DNA of 32,000 bases from NCBI RefSeq assembly GCF_002075285.3, contig NZ_CP021983.2:5010001-5042000 (forward strand), written 5' to 3'. This document shows positions 1 to 9,932 of this stretch, piece by piece; within the stretch, counting starts at the first letter, position 1; each line of letters begins with the position of its first letter. The stretch comes from Halomicronema hongdechloris C2206. Lineage in GTDB: Bacteria > Cyanobacteriota > Cyanobacteriia > Phormidesmidales > Phormidesmidaceae. Both the position numbers and the translations under genes were made by a program. Under the pieces are notes generated by a model. That model saw only the letters and a program-made list of their open reading frames with translations. It had not been told where the DNA came from and made no database searches.

Positions 1-201
1 TGGGGTGCGATCGCACCATAGCCAGCCCGGGCAAAGCGTTCGGTGACGTCCCGGATATGGGCATTGACGCCAAAGACTTCCTGAATCACGATCACGCCGG
101 GGTAAGGGCCAGTGCCCTCCGGTTCGGCTAAATAGGCGGGAATCTGCCAGTCGCCGCTGGTCAGCTCGACAGTGGTGGTCTGAATTGCTGCTGAGGTCAT
201 G
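1..201 (-). CDS. dienelactone hydrolase family protein, N-terminal 67 codons (gene continues past the left edge)
   Basis: Not in the ORF track because it is cut by the window edge. Reverse-strand ATG at 199-201, open to position 1. Translation is MTSAAIQTTTVELTSGDWQIPAYLAEPEGTGPYPGVIVIQEVFGVNAHIRDVTERFARAGYGAIAP. The PGVIVIQEVFGVN.HIRDV..RFA..GY pattern is the usual DLH-family N-terminus. Confidence 0.6.
7..14. repeat. HIP1 octamer GCGATCGC (first of at least 16 perfect copies)
   Basis: Perfect copies read by eye at 7, 909, 2335, 7854, 8281, 12703, 13263, 14063, 15886, 16294, 19023, 19232, 21852, 24750, 28240 and 31946 (start coordinates). Over-representation of this palindrome is a known hallmark of many cyanobacterial genomes. 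Confidence 0.9.
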
Positions 202-266
202 GGATCTGCGGAGTAAATGCGCCATCATACCCTAAGGTATCGTGACGCCGATCGGAGCAACAGACC

Positions 267-587
267 ATGACCCTTGCCGTCGGAATCATTGAAACCCTGG
301 GGCTACCTGCTGCTATGGAGGCCGCCGATGCCATGGCCAAGGGGGCTCGGGTAGAGGTGGTGCGGATGGATACCACTGATGCTGGCTTGATCAGCATCAT
401 CGTGCGGGGACCCGTTGCCGAGGTCAGCCAGGCCATTACCGCGGGTTGCCAACGAATTCGGCAGGTTGAGGCAGGGACCTGGGTGGGCCACCACATGGTG
501 CCCTGCCCTGATGGTCAGGAAGAGGCCGCCCTACCGTTGCTGCGCCGCCAGAGAGACCCCGATCTATCCTCCACCTGGCTAGACTGA
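267..587 (+). CDS. ccmK: bacterial microcompartment BMC-H shell protein, CcmK-like (closest in feel to CcmK3)
   Basis: ATG ORF of 106 aa. The N-terminus MTLAVGIIETLGLPAAMEAADAMAKGARVEVV is the canonical BMC-domain signature (compare CcmK [29 protein letters not shown]). IIVRGPVAEV resembles the CcmK3-type RGPVSEV rather than RGDVSEV. The pore-loop position reads DTTDAG instead of KIGSG. Confidence 0.8.
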   Translation: MTLAVGIIETLGLPAAMEAADAMAKGARVEVVRMDTTDAGLISIIVRGPVAEVSQAITAGCQRIRQVEAGTWVGHHMVPCPDGQEEAALPLLRRQRDPDLSSTWLD

Positions 588-830
588 CCCCTAGTTAGTT
601 ATCCTGCCCCTGGTGACGGCTGGGGTAGCCGATGAATGTGCGGATTATGGCGATCGTGTCATGAATTGGGTAGCAGGGCACTGTATCTATAGGGTGGAGC
701 CCTTTAGCCGGCTGCCGAGTTGATAATGAGAGCCCTGGTGTAGCCATCGGTACCTCCAAAAGATGGGAGGATATGGCTGCGGGGGCAGTCTATCGAGGAG
801 GATTGGTTCCTCTGGCAGATGTAATGAGGT

Positions 831-1820
831 GTGGTCGTGGTTCAGTTTCACATTCAGCCCGATAGCGATATTCCCGCTTCTACCCAGCTTTATGATCAGA
901 TCTGGTTTGCGATCGCATCCCGTCAATATCCCCCCGGCTACCGCCTGCCCAGCACCCGTCAACTGGCCATGCAAACCGGCCTACATCGCAACACCATCAG
1001 CAAAGTCTACCGACAGCTAGAAGAAGCCGGTGTCGTCGAAGCCCATCCTGGCTCCGGTATTTACGTCCGCGAAAGCAACGTCGAGAGTGCCCGCCTGGCC
1101 TCTCCCCTGTGGGAAGAGTTTCCCAACGCTCGCAGTACCGTTGAAGCCAGCCTCGACGAGCTGTTGCGCCAAGGCTGTTCCCTGCACCAGGCCCGGGAGT
1201 TGTTTCTAGCCGAAATCGATTGGCGCCTGCGCTGCAGTGCCCAGGTCTTGGTCACCACCATGCGCCAGGATATGGGAGCAGGGGAACTGATGACCCGAGA
1301 GCTAGAAGCCGCCCTCAACATCCCGGTGCAGTTGGTGCCCTTAGAAGAACTAGAGGACGTCCTGGCCCAAACCCGCTCCGGCACAGTGGTCACCAGTCGT
1401 TACTTCATCACTGAAGCCGAAGCCATCGCTGCCCCTAAATCGGTACGGGTGATTCCCATCGACATCTATAACTACGCCAAGGAACTGGAGATGCTGAAAG
1501 ACCTGCCTAGTGGCACCAGCTTAGGCATGGTCAGTCTCAGCACCGGCATTCTACGGGCCGCCGAAGTGATTGCCTACAGTCTCAAAGGCGACGACATTCT
1601 GTTGATGACGGCCCAGGCCGAGGATGCCGTTAAACTCAATGCCCTAGTGCGCAACTCCCAAACCATCGTCGTCTTCGACCAGGCCAGTCTGCCAGCCCTG
1701 AAACGGGCCATTGCCTCTGCCCGCGACGATCTAATCCGTCCCCCTCAGCTAGTGGTCTGTGGCAACTACATCGATGCCGACTCAATCACGCTACTGAAGC
1801 GCGAGCTGGGTCTTGATTAA
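831..1820 (+). CDS. plmA: GntR-family transcriptional regulator, cyanobacterial PlmA subfamily
   Basis: 329-aa ORF starting at GTG 831 or GTG 837. The N-terminal winged HTH reads FHIQPDSDIPASTQLYDQIWFAIASRQYPPGYRLPSTRQLAMQTGLHRNTISKVYRQLEEAGVVEAHPGSGIYV. Length and N-terminus match what I recall of PlmA-type regulators. Confidence 0.75.
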   Translation: MVVVQFHIQPDSDIPASTQLYDQIWFAIASRQYPPGYRLPSTRQLAMQTGLHRNTISKVYRQLEEAGVVEAHPGSGIYVRESNVESARLASPLWEEFPNARSTVEASLDELLRQGCSLHQARELFLAEIDWRLRCSAQVLVTTMRQDMGAGELMTRELEAALNIPVQLVPLEELEDVLAQTRSGTVVTSRYFITEAEAIAAPKSVRVIPIDIYNYAKELEMLKDLPSGTSLGMVSLSTGILRAAEVIAYSLKGDDILLMTAQAEDAVKLNALVRNSQTIVVFDQASLPALKRAIASARDDLIRPPQLVVCGNYIDADSITLLKRELGLD

Positions 1821-1844
1821 CCGGCTGTGCCCGGGCGCAGCCGG
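1821..1844 (+). terminator. stem-loop immediately after the plmA-like stop codon (no U-tract)
   Basis: CCGGCTG (1821-1827) pairs with CAGCCGG (1838-1844) around a 10-nt loop. It starts 1 nt after the TAA at 1818-1820. No T-run follows, so function as an intrinsic terminator is uncertain. Confidence 0.3.
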
Positions 1845-2013
1845 ATGAATTGAACGCTTATAGTGCTGGCCAGTCAGCTTAGGACATGGTTGATCGTCCA
1901 ATAGCCTAGTCTAGGGGGGGGCTTCAGTCGGTAGAGTCTTTTCGAGAAAACACCTTAATCCTACGGGATGATGGCCCTTCACTATTATCCGATTCAGGTA
2001 TCCGATTCAGGGC

Positions 2014-2880
2014 CTACCAATTGCGCCATCCCCCTGACATTTGGGAGCGCCCCTGTGCCCCGGGTTCCAGCCGCAATAATCGTTGATAGTCCTGGCTGCT
2101 GGCCCAATGATCTACTTCGCGGGCCCGCAGTACTGGCACTGGGTGGGTCAACTCACTGGTTCGAATTTGCTTGACCAGTTCCCCGAGCTGGCTGGTGCTA
2201 ACGGCATCATAGGAGCGGGCCTGCTCTAAAAATGCCTCTAGATTTAACTGGGAGGCCAAAGCCGGAGAACCGCCAGAGAGCTTCATCAGCAGCGAGGCGA
2301 CGACTCGGGCATCTTGAGTGACCAGCAGGGCGGCGCGATCGCATGTGAACTCGGCGCAGCGAATCCACTCCATAATCTGAGCTTGCAGATTAGGCACCAC
2401 CAATTCGCCAAATGGTAACTGGCCTGCTGCCAACGTCAGCAAATTGGCCAGCGTGAGATAGACACTATGATCACACTTGAGATGCCCCAATTCGTGACCA
2501 ATCACCGCCTGAATTTCTGCTGGCGTTAACAACTCCAGCAGAGACGTATGAACTACGATGAAAGGCTGTCGCCCTCGCATGGCAAAGGTATAGGCATTGG
2601 GCACCGGGTGCTGACGCACATAGAGCTGTGGTGGATCCAGATCCAATATCCGACAGGCTTCTACCAGAAGCCGATGAATTTCAGGTAGTTGCCGCTCTCC
2701 CACCAGCACACTGGAGGCAATATTGTCCAAATAAAAAATCTGCTCTGCCAATGGGGCAATCAGGGACCGAATCAGCATATCCAGTCCTGGCAACTGCCTT
2801 AATGCCTGGGTCGCTTCCAAATCCAGGGGATGCCTAAACTGATTGGCCTTCAGCCCCACTAGCGTAACTTTGCCACCCAT
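2014..2880 (-). CDS. M48-family zinc metallopeptidase
   Basis: 288-aa ORF with the HExxH motif in VIGHELGHLKCDH. Overall layout matches cyanobacterial M48/Ste24-like peptidases. Confidence 0.85.
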   Translation of the reverse strand: MGGKVTLVGLKANQFRHPLDLEATQALRQLPGLDMLIRSLIAPLAEQIFYLDNIASSVLVGERQLPEIHRLLVEACRILDLDPPQLYVRQHPVPNAYTFAMRGRQPFIVVHTSLLELLTPAEIQAVIGHELGHLKCDHSVYLTLANLLTLAAGQLPFGELVVPNLQAQIMEWIRCAEFTCDRAALLVTQDARVVASLLMKLSGGSPALASQLNLEAFLEQARSYDAVSTSQLGELVKQIRTSELTHPVPVLRAREVDHWASSQDYQRLLRLEPGAQGRSQMSGGWRNW

Positions 2881-2988
2881 GCTCTGCTATTACCTCGCCT
2901 TAACCCAGTAACCACCTCTTGCCTGGCGTCAGGCAGAAAATGGCATCCATGGTTAGTATAACGAGCCCCTAGCAGACCGCGATGGCCA

Positions 2989-4470
2989 TCAAGGGTGTTC
3001 AACAACTAGATCATGGGTAACCACCTGGGTGGGCAATACCCGCTGCAGATTAGCCCCTAGCTGCTTCAGCTTGGTTTCTAGATTTTCATAGCCCCGATCG
3101 AGATGATGTAACCCTTGGATGACGGTTGTTCCCTCAGCCGCCAGGCCTGCTAACACCAGAGCCGCAGAAGCCCGCAGATCGGTGGCAACCACCGGAGCCC
3201 CAGATAGCTGAGCCATGCCCTTGATGATGGCACAGTTGCCATTGAGCCGAATATCGGCTCCCATGCGATTGAACTCGGCCACATGGCGCAAGCGGTTTTC
3301 AAAGACGGTCTCTGTGATCAAGCAATTGCCATCGCTGAGACTTAAGAGAGCCATAAACTGGGCCTGCATATCGGTGGGAAACCCTGGAAATGGACCGGTC
3401 TGAATATCCGTAGCTCGAATCACATCTCCAGGAATCAGCCGCAATCGGTTAGGGCCTTCCAACACCACATGGGATCCTGCTTCCCGGAGCTTGGCAATGG
3501 TGGCTGTCAAATGGTCAGTCACCACTGGTGCTACCACGATTTCAGAATGGGTAATCGCTCCTGCTACCAGAAAAGTTCCGGCCTCGATCCGATCGGGAAT
3601 AATGGCATAGTCCGTACTGTGGAGACTAGGTACCCCTGCCACCGTAATGGTATTTGTTCCGGCGCCACGAATACGGGCCCCCATGGCCCGACAGAACTTG
3701 GCCAGATCTATTACCTCTGGCTCCTGGGCTGCATTTTCAATCACCGTTTCCCCATCGGCCAGCGTGGCTGCCATCATCAAGGTTTCAGTAGCGCCCACAC
3801 TGGGATAGTCCAAATAGATATGGGCTCCGCGTAAACGATTACGCGGACCAGGCACATAGGCATTAACGGTACCGTGATCAATATGGACCTCTGCCCCCAT
3901 GGCTTGTAAACCACGCACATGTAATTCTACTGGGCGTGCCCCAATGGCACATCCTCCCGGCAGTGGCACGCGGGCGACTCCTGTGCGGGCCAGTAGGGGA
4001 CCAATCACAAAGAAGCTCGCCCGCAGCTGACTGACCAGGTCATAGGGGGCTTTGGTGTTAGAAATATGGCTAGCATCAACTTCCAGAGCATCGTCGTAGC
4101 GCTGCAGTTTCACCCCCAGGGCTGTGAGCACGTCTGCCATGCGAGTGACATCCATGAGGGATGGAATGTTGCGAATGCGACACTGCTGTGAGCACAAGAG
4201 GGACCCTGCCATCACAACCAGGGCAGAATTTTTAGCCCCACTGATGGTCACTTGTCCAGCCAGAGATGCTCGACCATGAACCTGTAAGACAGCGGAATCA
4301 ACCACTTCAGGGGAAGTAGGGGAATTTTTTAGACGAGCCGACGTGACGATAGGGGTACCCTCCAATTCCGATAGCACTACAGCCTGTATATTTTTTCGTC
4401 TAGATTCTACCCGAATCCGCCAAATTCGCGACTCTCTCTCAGGCACCATTCCTGTGACGGTGCATTCCAC
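2989..4470 (-). CDS. murA: UDP-N-acetylglucosamine 1-carboxyvinyltransferase (start codon uncertain)
   Basis: Motifs [20 protein letters not shown] and the catalytic-Cys loop [16 protein letters not shown], with conservation along the full EPT fold. The longest ORF is 493 aa, long for MurA. Alternative starts are ATG at 4449 and GTG at 4377. Confidence 0.9.
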   Translation of the reverse strand: MECTVTGMVPERESRIWRIRVESRRKNIQAVVLSELEGTPIVTSARLKNSPTSPEVVDSAVLQVHGRASLAGQVTISGAKNSALVVMAGSLLCSQQCRIRNIPSLMDVTRMADVLTALGVKLQRYDDALEVDASHISNTKAPYDLVSQLRASFFVIGPLLARTGVARVPLPGGCAIGARPVELHVRGLQAMGAEVHIDHGTVNAYVPGPRNRLRGAHIYLDYPSVGATETLMMAATLADGETVIENAAQEPEVIDLAKFCRAMGARIRGAGTNTITVAGVPSLHSTDYAIIPDRIEAGTFLVAGAITHSEIVVAPVVTDHLTATIAKLREAGSHVVLEGPNRLRLIPGDVIRATDIQTGPFPGFPTDMQAQFMALLSLSDGNCLITETVFENRLRHVAEFNRMGADIRLNGNCAIIKGMAQLSGAPVVATDLRASAALVLAGLAAEGTTVIQGLHHLDRGYENLETKLKQLGANLQRVLPTQVVTHDLVVEHP

Positions 4471-4577
4471 ACTAACCTACTGCCAACAAACACTCTATAG
4501 TTTTCCTAAAATAGATGGTTGACGAATGACCTCAACTAAAGGATGATGGTGAATCGCAGCCTAACTCTGCAGTAAAA

Positions 4578-4662
4578 GCGGAACTGGCGGAATTTGGTAG
4601 ACGCGCTAGATTCAGGTTCTAGTGTTCGCAAGAACTTCCGGGTTCAAGTCCCGGGTTCCGCA
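4578..4662 (+). tRNA. tRNA-Leu (anticodon CAG), class II with long variable arm; CCA not encoded
   Basis: Hand-folded. Acceptor GCGGAAC/GTTCCGC; D arm GCG-GAATTTGGTAGA-CGC; anticodon stem CTAGA/TCTAG with loop TTCAGGT; variable arm GTTC-GCAA-GAAC; T arm CCGGG-TTCAAGT-CCCGG; discriminator A. Confidence 0.9.
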
Positions 4663-4892
4663 TGGGGTGAAAAGAATATTCTTCATGGTGGCGTACGGGG
4701 TTGCCACACTCTAAAATCGGGTAAATTTTCAGTTCCTGCCCGATTCAGACTTTTTATCAATCGAACGTGAAGATTCCTAAACTTCTGATGGATAATTTCT
4801 CCTAATCAGTGGGGACAACGGGGCAAAAACTCCTGGTATCTTGACGCTAGTGTCTGTATCCTGATGTGTCTGGCATCGCTGCGTAAGGAACC

Positions 4893-5705
4893 ATGCTCAC
4901 CAGTGTGAAAAATCCTCTCGTCAAGTTGATGCGACAGCTTCATCAGGCTAAGGGACGGCGGCAACAGCAGCAATTCTTACTGGAAGGCACCCATCTGTTA
5001 GAGGAGGCGCTAGCTGTCCAGCACCCTCTGACGGTGGTGTGTAGTACGCCGACTTGGCAAACCCGGTACCCTGAGCTTTGGCAGAAAATTCAAGCCCAGA
5101 CTCCTCGAGCCGAAACTGTTTCCCCTGAGGTACTGCAGGCAATGGCTACCACCGTTCATCCTGATGGTGTGGTGGCGATGGCAGTTAGGCATCCCTCTGG
5201 AAATAGTCATCCCGATACTGACCAAGCGTTCTCTCTAACCCTAGGAGTGGCCGTTGAGACCCTGCAAGATCCGGGCAATTTAGGCACCATGATTCGTACG
5301 GCGGCGGCCGTTGCCGCTGATGGACTGTGGCTCAGTGCCAATAGTGTGGACTCAGATCATCCTAAGGTGTTACGAGCGTCGGCGGGACAGTGGTTCCGTC
5401 TACCCCTGTACAGCTGTGCCGACTTAACGCAACAAGTGAATCAGTGGCGCCGGGCTGGCCTCCAGATAATTGCGACTCAATCCCAAGCTAGTACCCTTTA
5501 CTGGGAGCTTGATTTACGACAACCGACGATTATTCTCTTGGGCAATGAAGGAGCAGGGTTGTCTCCCGAACTGGTAGAAGCTGCCACAGCTCAGGCATGC
5601 ATTCCCCTAGCTCCCTCGGTGGAGTCGCTCAATGTGGCTGTCACTGCTGCCTTAATGCTCTACGAAGTGAGGCGACAGCGATTGAAGACAGAGGCCTGGC
5701 CATGA
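4893..5705 (+). CDS. TrmH/SpoU-family RNA 2'-O-methyltransferase
   Basis: 270-aa ATG ORF with the SpoU motifs DPGNLGTMIRTAAA, LLGNEGAGLS and ESLNVAVTAALMLYE. Confidence 0.85.
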   Translation: MLTSVKNPLVKLMRQLHQAKGRRQQQQFLLEGTHLLEEALAVQHPLTVVCSTPTWQTRYPELWQKIQAQTPRAETVSPEVLQAMATTVHPDGVVAMAVRHPSGNSHPDTDQAFSLTLGVAVETLQDPGNLGTMIRTAAAVAADGLWLSANSVDSDHPKVLRASAGQWFRLPLYSCADLTQQVNQWRRAGLQIIATQSQASTLYWELDLRQPTIILLGNEGAGLSPELVEAATAQACIPLAPSVESLNVAVTAALMLYEVRRQRLKTEAWP

Positions 5706-5794
5706 AAGTACAGCAGCCCCATGGTCAGTTCCGATACTGGTCCTGAAGCTGTTGAGATACTCATACCTCCATCTCGGCTGGAGCTGGTAAGCCT

Positions 5795-6061
5795 CTAGCT
5801 GACATCTGAGGGGGACTGTTCCATGTAGTGTTCAATGTCAGCCACTGCCTCATCCAAGACATTTTCCCAGTCCACGGCAGTCTGTTCTATAACCTCTGCG
5901 GCGGCAGGGGCTACGGATTGCATAGGTGTCTCAGGGGCATCCGATTTGAGCACATGCTCCAATTCCCCTAGAGATTGTATAAACTCTTGGGCTGCAGTAC
6001 GTCGTCGGCGTCTATGGTGATCTTGATGCATGGTAGATTCGCTCCAGATAGCGACAACCAA
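5795..6061 (-). CDS. small hypothetical protein (acidic C-terminal half, Arg-rich N-terminus)
   Basis: 88-aa ORF. The internal ATG at 6031 (MHQDHHRRRRR...) is an equally plausible start. I recognise no family, and coding status rests only on ORF length and composition. Confidence 0.4.
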   Translation of the reverse strand: MVVAIWSESTMHQDHHRRRRRTAAQEFIQSLGELEHVLKSDAPETPMQSVAPAAAEVIEQTAVDWENVLDEAVADIEHYMEQSPSDVS

Positions 6062-6530
6062 CCACCGAGGCGGTATGGCCGACTAGCTCATGGGCCAAGC
6101 TACTGGGGTTACACACTTGGGTCATATTCTATAGGGTTCATCAATCAGCTTGGGACATCGCTGATTGGTGAATGGCCTAGTCTAGGGCAGCATGGCTGGC
6201 TCGCTACCGTTACGAGTTGTGAGTGGTGGACTGGCGATACCGGTGACTTCCGCAGCAGGCATGGTCAATTCCCTGCTCTGATAGGGTTCAGATCTAGACC
6301 TGACTAGGGAATGAGGTTAAGCAGCGGTATCAGGTGCCCAACTCCCTTGGGGCTAGCTGTTGTCTAATGCACCGCATCTAGTCAAGAATGAAGGGAACTA
6401 CTGCCGACTGTGTTCAAACCTCATCAGGTCTATGGTTTGACTAGTGCCGCTGCAGCGGTAGAGAGTTATAAATCGTCGTGAATCGTCGAGCAGTCATAGC
6501 GCAGTAATTGTTGTGTCTTGGGAGAAGGAC

Positions 6531-7964
6531 GTGAATCAAGGGGTTGATTACGACTTGATTATCATTGGAGCCGGGGTCGGTGGCCATGGTGCTGCTCTAC
6601 ATGCCGTTAAGTATGGGCTGAAAACCGCCATTGTTGAGGCGGCTGAGATGGGTGGTACCTGTGTCAATCGGGGCTGCATTCCTTCCAAGGCACTGTTAGC
6701 AGCCTCTGGGAGAGTTCGAGAGTTACGTAATGCCCAGCACCTCAAGTCTCTTGGCATTCAGGTTGCTCAGGTCTCCTTCGATCGCGAGACGATTGCTAAC
6801 CACGCTAAAACCCTGGTGAGTAAGATTCAGGGCGATATGAGCAATAGTTTGTCGCGCCTAGGGGTGGATGTGATGCAGGGATGGGCCAAACTGGTGGCTC
6901 CCCAGAAGGTGTCGATTCGCCAAGGGGATGAGGAAACGATAATCACTGGTCAAGACGTATTACTTTCGCCGGGATCAGTGCCGTTTGTGCCACCAGGTAT
7001 TGAGCTGGATGGCAAGACAGTCTTCACCAGTGATGAGGCCTTGCGTCTCGATTGGTTGCCTCAGTGGGTGGCGGTGATTGGCAGTGGCTATATCGGCTTG
7101 GAGTTTTCAGATATTTATACTGCCTTGGGTAGCGAGGTGACGCTGATTGAAGCGCTGCCGCAAGTGATGCCTACTTTTGATCCAGATATTGCCAAGATGG
7201 CCCAGCGTGCGTTGATTGGCCCTCGAGATATCGAGACCCGGGCCGGTGTGATTGCTAAGCAGGTAACTCCTGGCTCGCCAGTGGTGATTGAGTTGGCCGA
7301 TCCGGAGACGAAAGAGGTTGTTGACGTGCTGGAGGTCGATGCCTGCCTGGTGGCTACCGGCCGCATTCCCGTGACTAAGGAGTTGGGCTTGGAGCGAGTT
7401 GGGGTGGAAACCGACCGGCGTGGCTTTATCCCGGTCGATGACCATTTGCAGGTATTGCAGGATGGAAAACCGATGCCCCATCTGTGGGCTATCGGTGATG
7501 CCACTGGCAAGATGATGTTGGCGCATGCGGCCTCGGCCCAGGGTGTGATTGCGGTGGAAAATATCTGTGGTCGCTCTCGCACGCTCAATTATCGTAGTAT
7601 TCCAGCGGCGGCCTTTACCCATCCGGAGGTCAGTTTTGTCGGGCTGACTGAACCGGCGGCGCGCGAGCTGGCGGCCGCGGAGGGCTTTGCTATCGATACG
7701 GTGCGGACCTACTTTAAAGGGAATTCTAAGGCCCTGGCAGAAGGGGAATCGGACGGATTGGCTAAGGTTATCTACCGTCAGGATACGGGGGAGATTCTAG
7801 GGGCCCATATTTTGGGGCTCCATGCCTCGGATTTGATTCAAGAGGTGGCCAATGCGATCGCACAGGGGCACTCCGTTAATGATTTATCCTGCTGCGTCCA
7901 CACCCATCCCACCCTGTCGGAAGTACTGGATGAAGCGTTCAAGCGAGCTGTAACCTCTGTCTGA
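6531..7964 (+). CDS. lpdA: dihydrolipoyl dehydrogenase (E3)
   Basis: Motifs [17 protein letters not shown] (FAD), the redox disulfide [25 protein letters not shown] (NAD) and the C-terminal HTHPTLSE. The track ORF starts at GTG 6513. GTG 6531 is preceded by GGAG at 6521-6524 and gives the usual short N-terminus. Confidence 0.9.
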   Translation: MNQGVDYDLIIIGAGVGGHGAALHAVKYGLKTAIVEAAEMGGTCVNRGCIPSKALLAASGRVRELRNAQHLKSLGIQVAQVSFDRETIANHAKTLVSKIQGDMSNSLSRLGVDVMQGWAKLVAPQKVSIRQGDEETIITGQDVLLSPGSVPFVPPGIELDGKTVFTSDEALRLDWLPQWVAVIGSGYIGLEFSDIYTALGSEVTLIEALPQVMPTFDPDIAKMAQRALIGPRDIETRAGVIAKQVTPGSPVVIELADPETKEVVDVLEVDACLVATGRIPVTKELGLERVGVETDRRGFIPVDDHLQVLQDGKPMPHLWAIGDATGKMMLAHAASAQGVIAVENICGRSRTLNYRSIPAAAFTHPEVSFVGLTEPAARELAAAEGFAIDTVRTYFKGNSKALAEGESDGLAKVIYRQDTGEILGAHILGLHASDLIQEVANAIAQGHSVNDLSCCVHTHPTLSEVLDEAFKRAVTSV

Positions 7965-7974
7965 GCACCCGCCT

Positions 7975-8868
7975 ATGGAAATTCGTCGTCGTCCCCCCAA
8001 TCCCAGTGTGGCCGTGCAGCACCTGCGCTATCGGGTGCCCCTGCCCCATGACCAACCCCGCAATATCTTGGAAAAGATTGTCTGGCATAAGGAAACAGAG
8101 GTTGACCAATGCCGAAAGCGGCTCTCCCTACAAGACCTACAGAAAGCTGTCTTGACGGCGCCGCCGCCACGGGATTTCCTGGCAGCCCTGCGTCAAGGCA
8201 ATACCCATCCCGCCCTAATCGCTGAGGTCAAGAAAGCCTCCCCCAGCCGCGGACTGATTCGGGAAGAGTTTGATCCAGTTGCGATCGCACAGGCTTACGC
8301 TGCTGGCGGTGCTACCTGCTTATCGGTACTCACTGACGAAACCTTCTTCCAGGGCAGCTTTGACTATCTAACGCAAATTCGGGACAGCCTTGACCTGCCG
8401 CTGCTGTGTAAAGAGTTTATTCTCTATCCCTATCAGATGTATCTAGCCCGGGCCAAAGGAGCCGACGCCGTTCTCCTGATTGCCGCCATCCTGTCAGACA
8501 AAGATCTGCGCTATTTTACTCAAATTGCCCACGCCTTGGGGATGACCGCCCTAGTAGAAGTGCACACCTTAGCTGAACTAGATCGCGTGCTAGCCATCGA
8601 CACCATCTCCCTGATCGGTATCAACAATCGCGATTTAGAAACCTTCCGAACCTCCCTGGACACGACCACAACACTGCTGTCTCAGCGCCAGCCCCCCCTA
8701 GACTGCCACGATTGTCTCATCGTCAGCGAATCAGGCATTCACACCCCAACAGATTTAGCCACCGTTGCCGCTGCCGGTGCCAACGCCGTCTTGATTGGAG
8801 AATCCTTAATCAAGCAACCCGATCCGGCCCAAGCCATTGCCATGCTATTTGCCGAATCAACCTTCTAG
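7975..8868 (+). CDS. trpC: indole-3-glycerol phosphate synthase
   Basis: 297-aa ATG ORF beginning 10 nt after the lpdA stop. Motifs [27 protein letters not shown] and GINNRDL. Confidence 0.92.
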   Translation: MEIRRRPPNPSVAVQHLRYRVPLPHDQPRNILEKIVWHKETEVDQCRKRLSLQDLQKAVLTAPPPRDFLAALRQGNTHPALIAEVKKASPSRGLIREEFDPVAIAQAYAAGGATCLSVLTDETFFQGSFDYLTQIRDSLDLPLLCKEFILYPYQMYLARAKGADAVLLIAAILSDKDLRYFTQIAHALGMTALVEVHTLAELDRVLAIDTISLIGINNRDLETFRTSLDTTTTLLSQRQPPLDCHDCLIVSESGIHTPTDLATVAAAGANAVLIGESLIKQPDPAQAIAMLFAESTF

Positions 8869-8889
8869 ATCCTTGCCATAACTTCTCTT

Positions 8890-8914
8890 GGTCGGGCTAA
8901 TACCGACCTTTCTT
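8890..8914 (+). terminator. candidate intrinsic terminator after trpC
   Basis: GGTCGG (8890-8895) pairs with CCGACC (8903-8908) around a 7-nt loop, followed by TTTCTT (8909-8914). It lies 22 nt after the trpC stop. Confidence 0.4.
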
Positions 8915-8930
8915 GCCCAGTGATACCCCT

Positions 8931-9194
8931 ATGAGCGACGACCAGACTATTCCCTTACCGTCCCATATCCACTACGAACTGCTGCTGCAGTTACTTGAGC
9001 GAGAAACGATGATTGCTGCCCACCCTCACTCCCCACTGCAAGGGCAAGTCCGCGAACTCATCATTACCCTGCGCAAAGCTCTATCTCAACAGCGGCAACT
9101 CGAAGAAACCTGTGATCACCAGGGAGTTTCAGTGGAATACTACTGGTCTCTGAATGTACCCTCCGGCTCCGACGACGATCCTTCCATTGGCTAA
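8931..9194 (+). CDS. small hypothetical protein
   Basis: ATG at 8931 (MSDDQTIPLPSHIHYELLLQLLERE...); the track ORF begins at TTG 8913. No recognisable family. Confidence 0.4.
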   Translation: MSDDQTIPLPSHIHYELLLQLLERETMIAAHPHSPLQGQVRELIITLRKALSQQRQLEETCDHQGVSVEYYWSLNVPSGSDDDPSIG

Positions 9195-9227
9195 TAGACC
9201 GTGGCCGACATGTGTCCGCAGAACTAT

Positions 9228-9263
9228 AAAAAAATAAAAAAAGTATCGACCGCAGCCGATACC
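9228..9263 (-). terminator. intrinsic terminator downstream of psaL
   Basis: On the minus strand, GTATCG pairs with CGATAC (9243-9248 and 9257-9262) around an 8-nt loop, followed by TTTTTTTATTTTTT (plus-strand A-run 9228-9242). Confidence 0.6.
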
Positions 9264-9321
9264 TTGTCGTCGTAGATTCTATGCCGGACTAAAATCAACC
9301 CAACGTTAGCTGTGGCCAAAG

Positions 9322-9804
9322 TCAGCTGTGGCCACCGGCAACAACACTCAATAGGAGGGGCATATTAGCTGCCAGTAAATAGGCAAACGTTGCCCCGCCA
9401 ATACCACCAATTAAAAATCCACCGGCAAACTCACTCCAGCCCTCATCATGGCTGAGTGCTTCTGGCGGATCGAATGGGGTTGTCGCCTCAGACACGCCCT
9501 TATTGACCCCAGCTCCGGAGTAAATTGACAAGCATGCCGTCAGAATCACCACCAAAGCAGCGGCTCCCAACAACCCTGCCAATCCTGGGATATCAGAATC
9601 TCGCAGTGGTCCCAAGAGGGCAAACGGCCCATAGAGCAGATAGCCATGGGCCATGCCAATCTCTAGGCCCCGACGCTGGGGCGATAGGCCAGGCCGATAG
9701 GCCGGTAAATTACCAATGAAGGTTTTCGTAACCGAAGAGGAATTAATCGGGGTCGCCAAGTTACCAATCTGGGGATCCCCCGCAGGTCTGATCGAATCGG
9801 TCAT
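9322..9804 (-). CDS. psaL: photosystem I reaction centre subunit XI
   Basis: NLATPINSSSVTKTFIGNLPAYRPGLSPQRRGLEIGMAHGYLLYGPFALLGPLR is classic PsaL. The track ORF extends to 9855, but the ATG at 9802-9804 (MTDSIRPAGDPQIGNLATPI) fits the family N-terminus. Confidence 0.92.
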   Translation of the reverse strand: MTDSIRPAGDPQIGNLATPINSSSVTKTFIGNLPAYRPGLSPQRRGLEIGMAHGYLLYGPFALLGPLRDSDIPGLAGLLGAAALVVILTACLSIYSGAGVNKGVSEATTPFDPPEALSHDEGWSEFAGGFLIGGIGGATFAYLLAANMPLLLSVVAGGHS

Positions 9805-9932
9805 AACTGGTTTAGCTCTCTTACTGAGTCGAAGGCAGAATCGAAGACATAGCAAACAGCCTGAGGTGAGCTAGCAGCCATAACGACAGGCAAACTCATC
9901 TCAGGCTGGGGTTGGGCAAATTCTGCACAGTG

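Noticed and set aside
1987-2012. Tandem 13-mer ATCCGATTCAGG(T/G) x2 just downstream of the M48 peptidase stop.
   Set aside because: The direct repeat is real, but it is a single duplication in a convergent 3' intergenic region with no structure or context suggesting function.
4672-4683. 12-nt palindrome AAGAATATTCTT right after tRNA-Leu, considered as a terminator.
   Set aside because: The stem is A/T-only with no loop and no U-tract, so it is not a convincing terminator.
5975-6307. A 110-aa plus-strand ORF in the 450-nt region upstream of lpdA.
   Set aside because: It overlaps the 5' end of the opposite-strand small ORF, has no RBS and shows no family resemblance. The region probably holds divergent promoters. 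I also looked for SRP, RNase P and 6S-like conserved motifs there and saw none I could defend.
7107-7622. Two long antisense ORFs (171 and 157 aa) inside lpdA.
   Set aside because: They lie opposite a strongly conserved lpdA coding frame, have Arg/Ser/Gly-rich composition typical of antisense frames in GC-rich DNA, and show no recognisable motifs.
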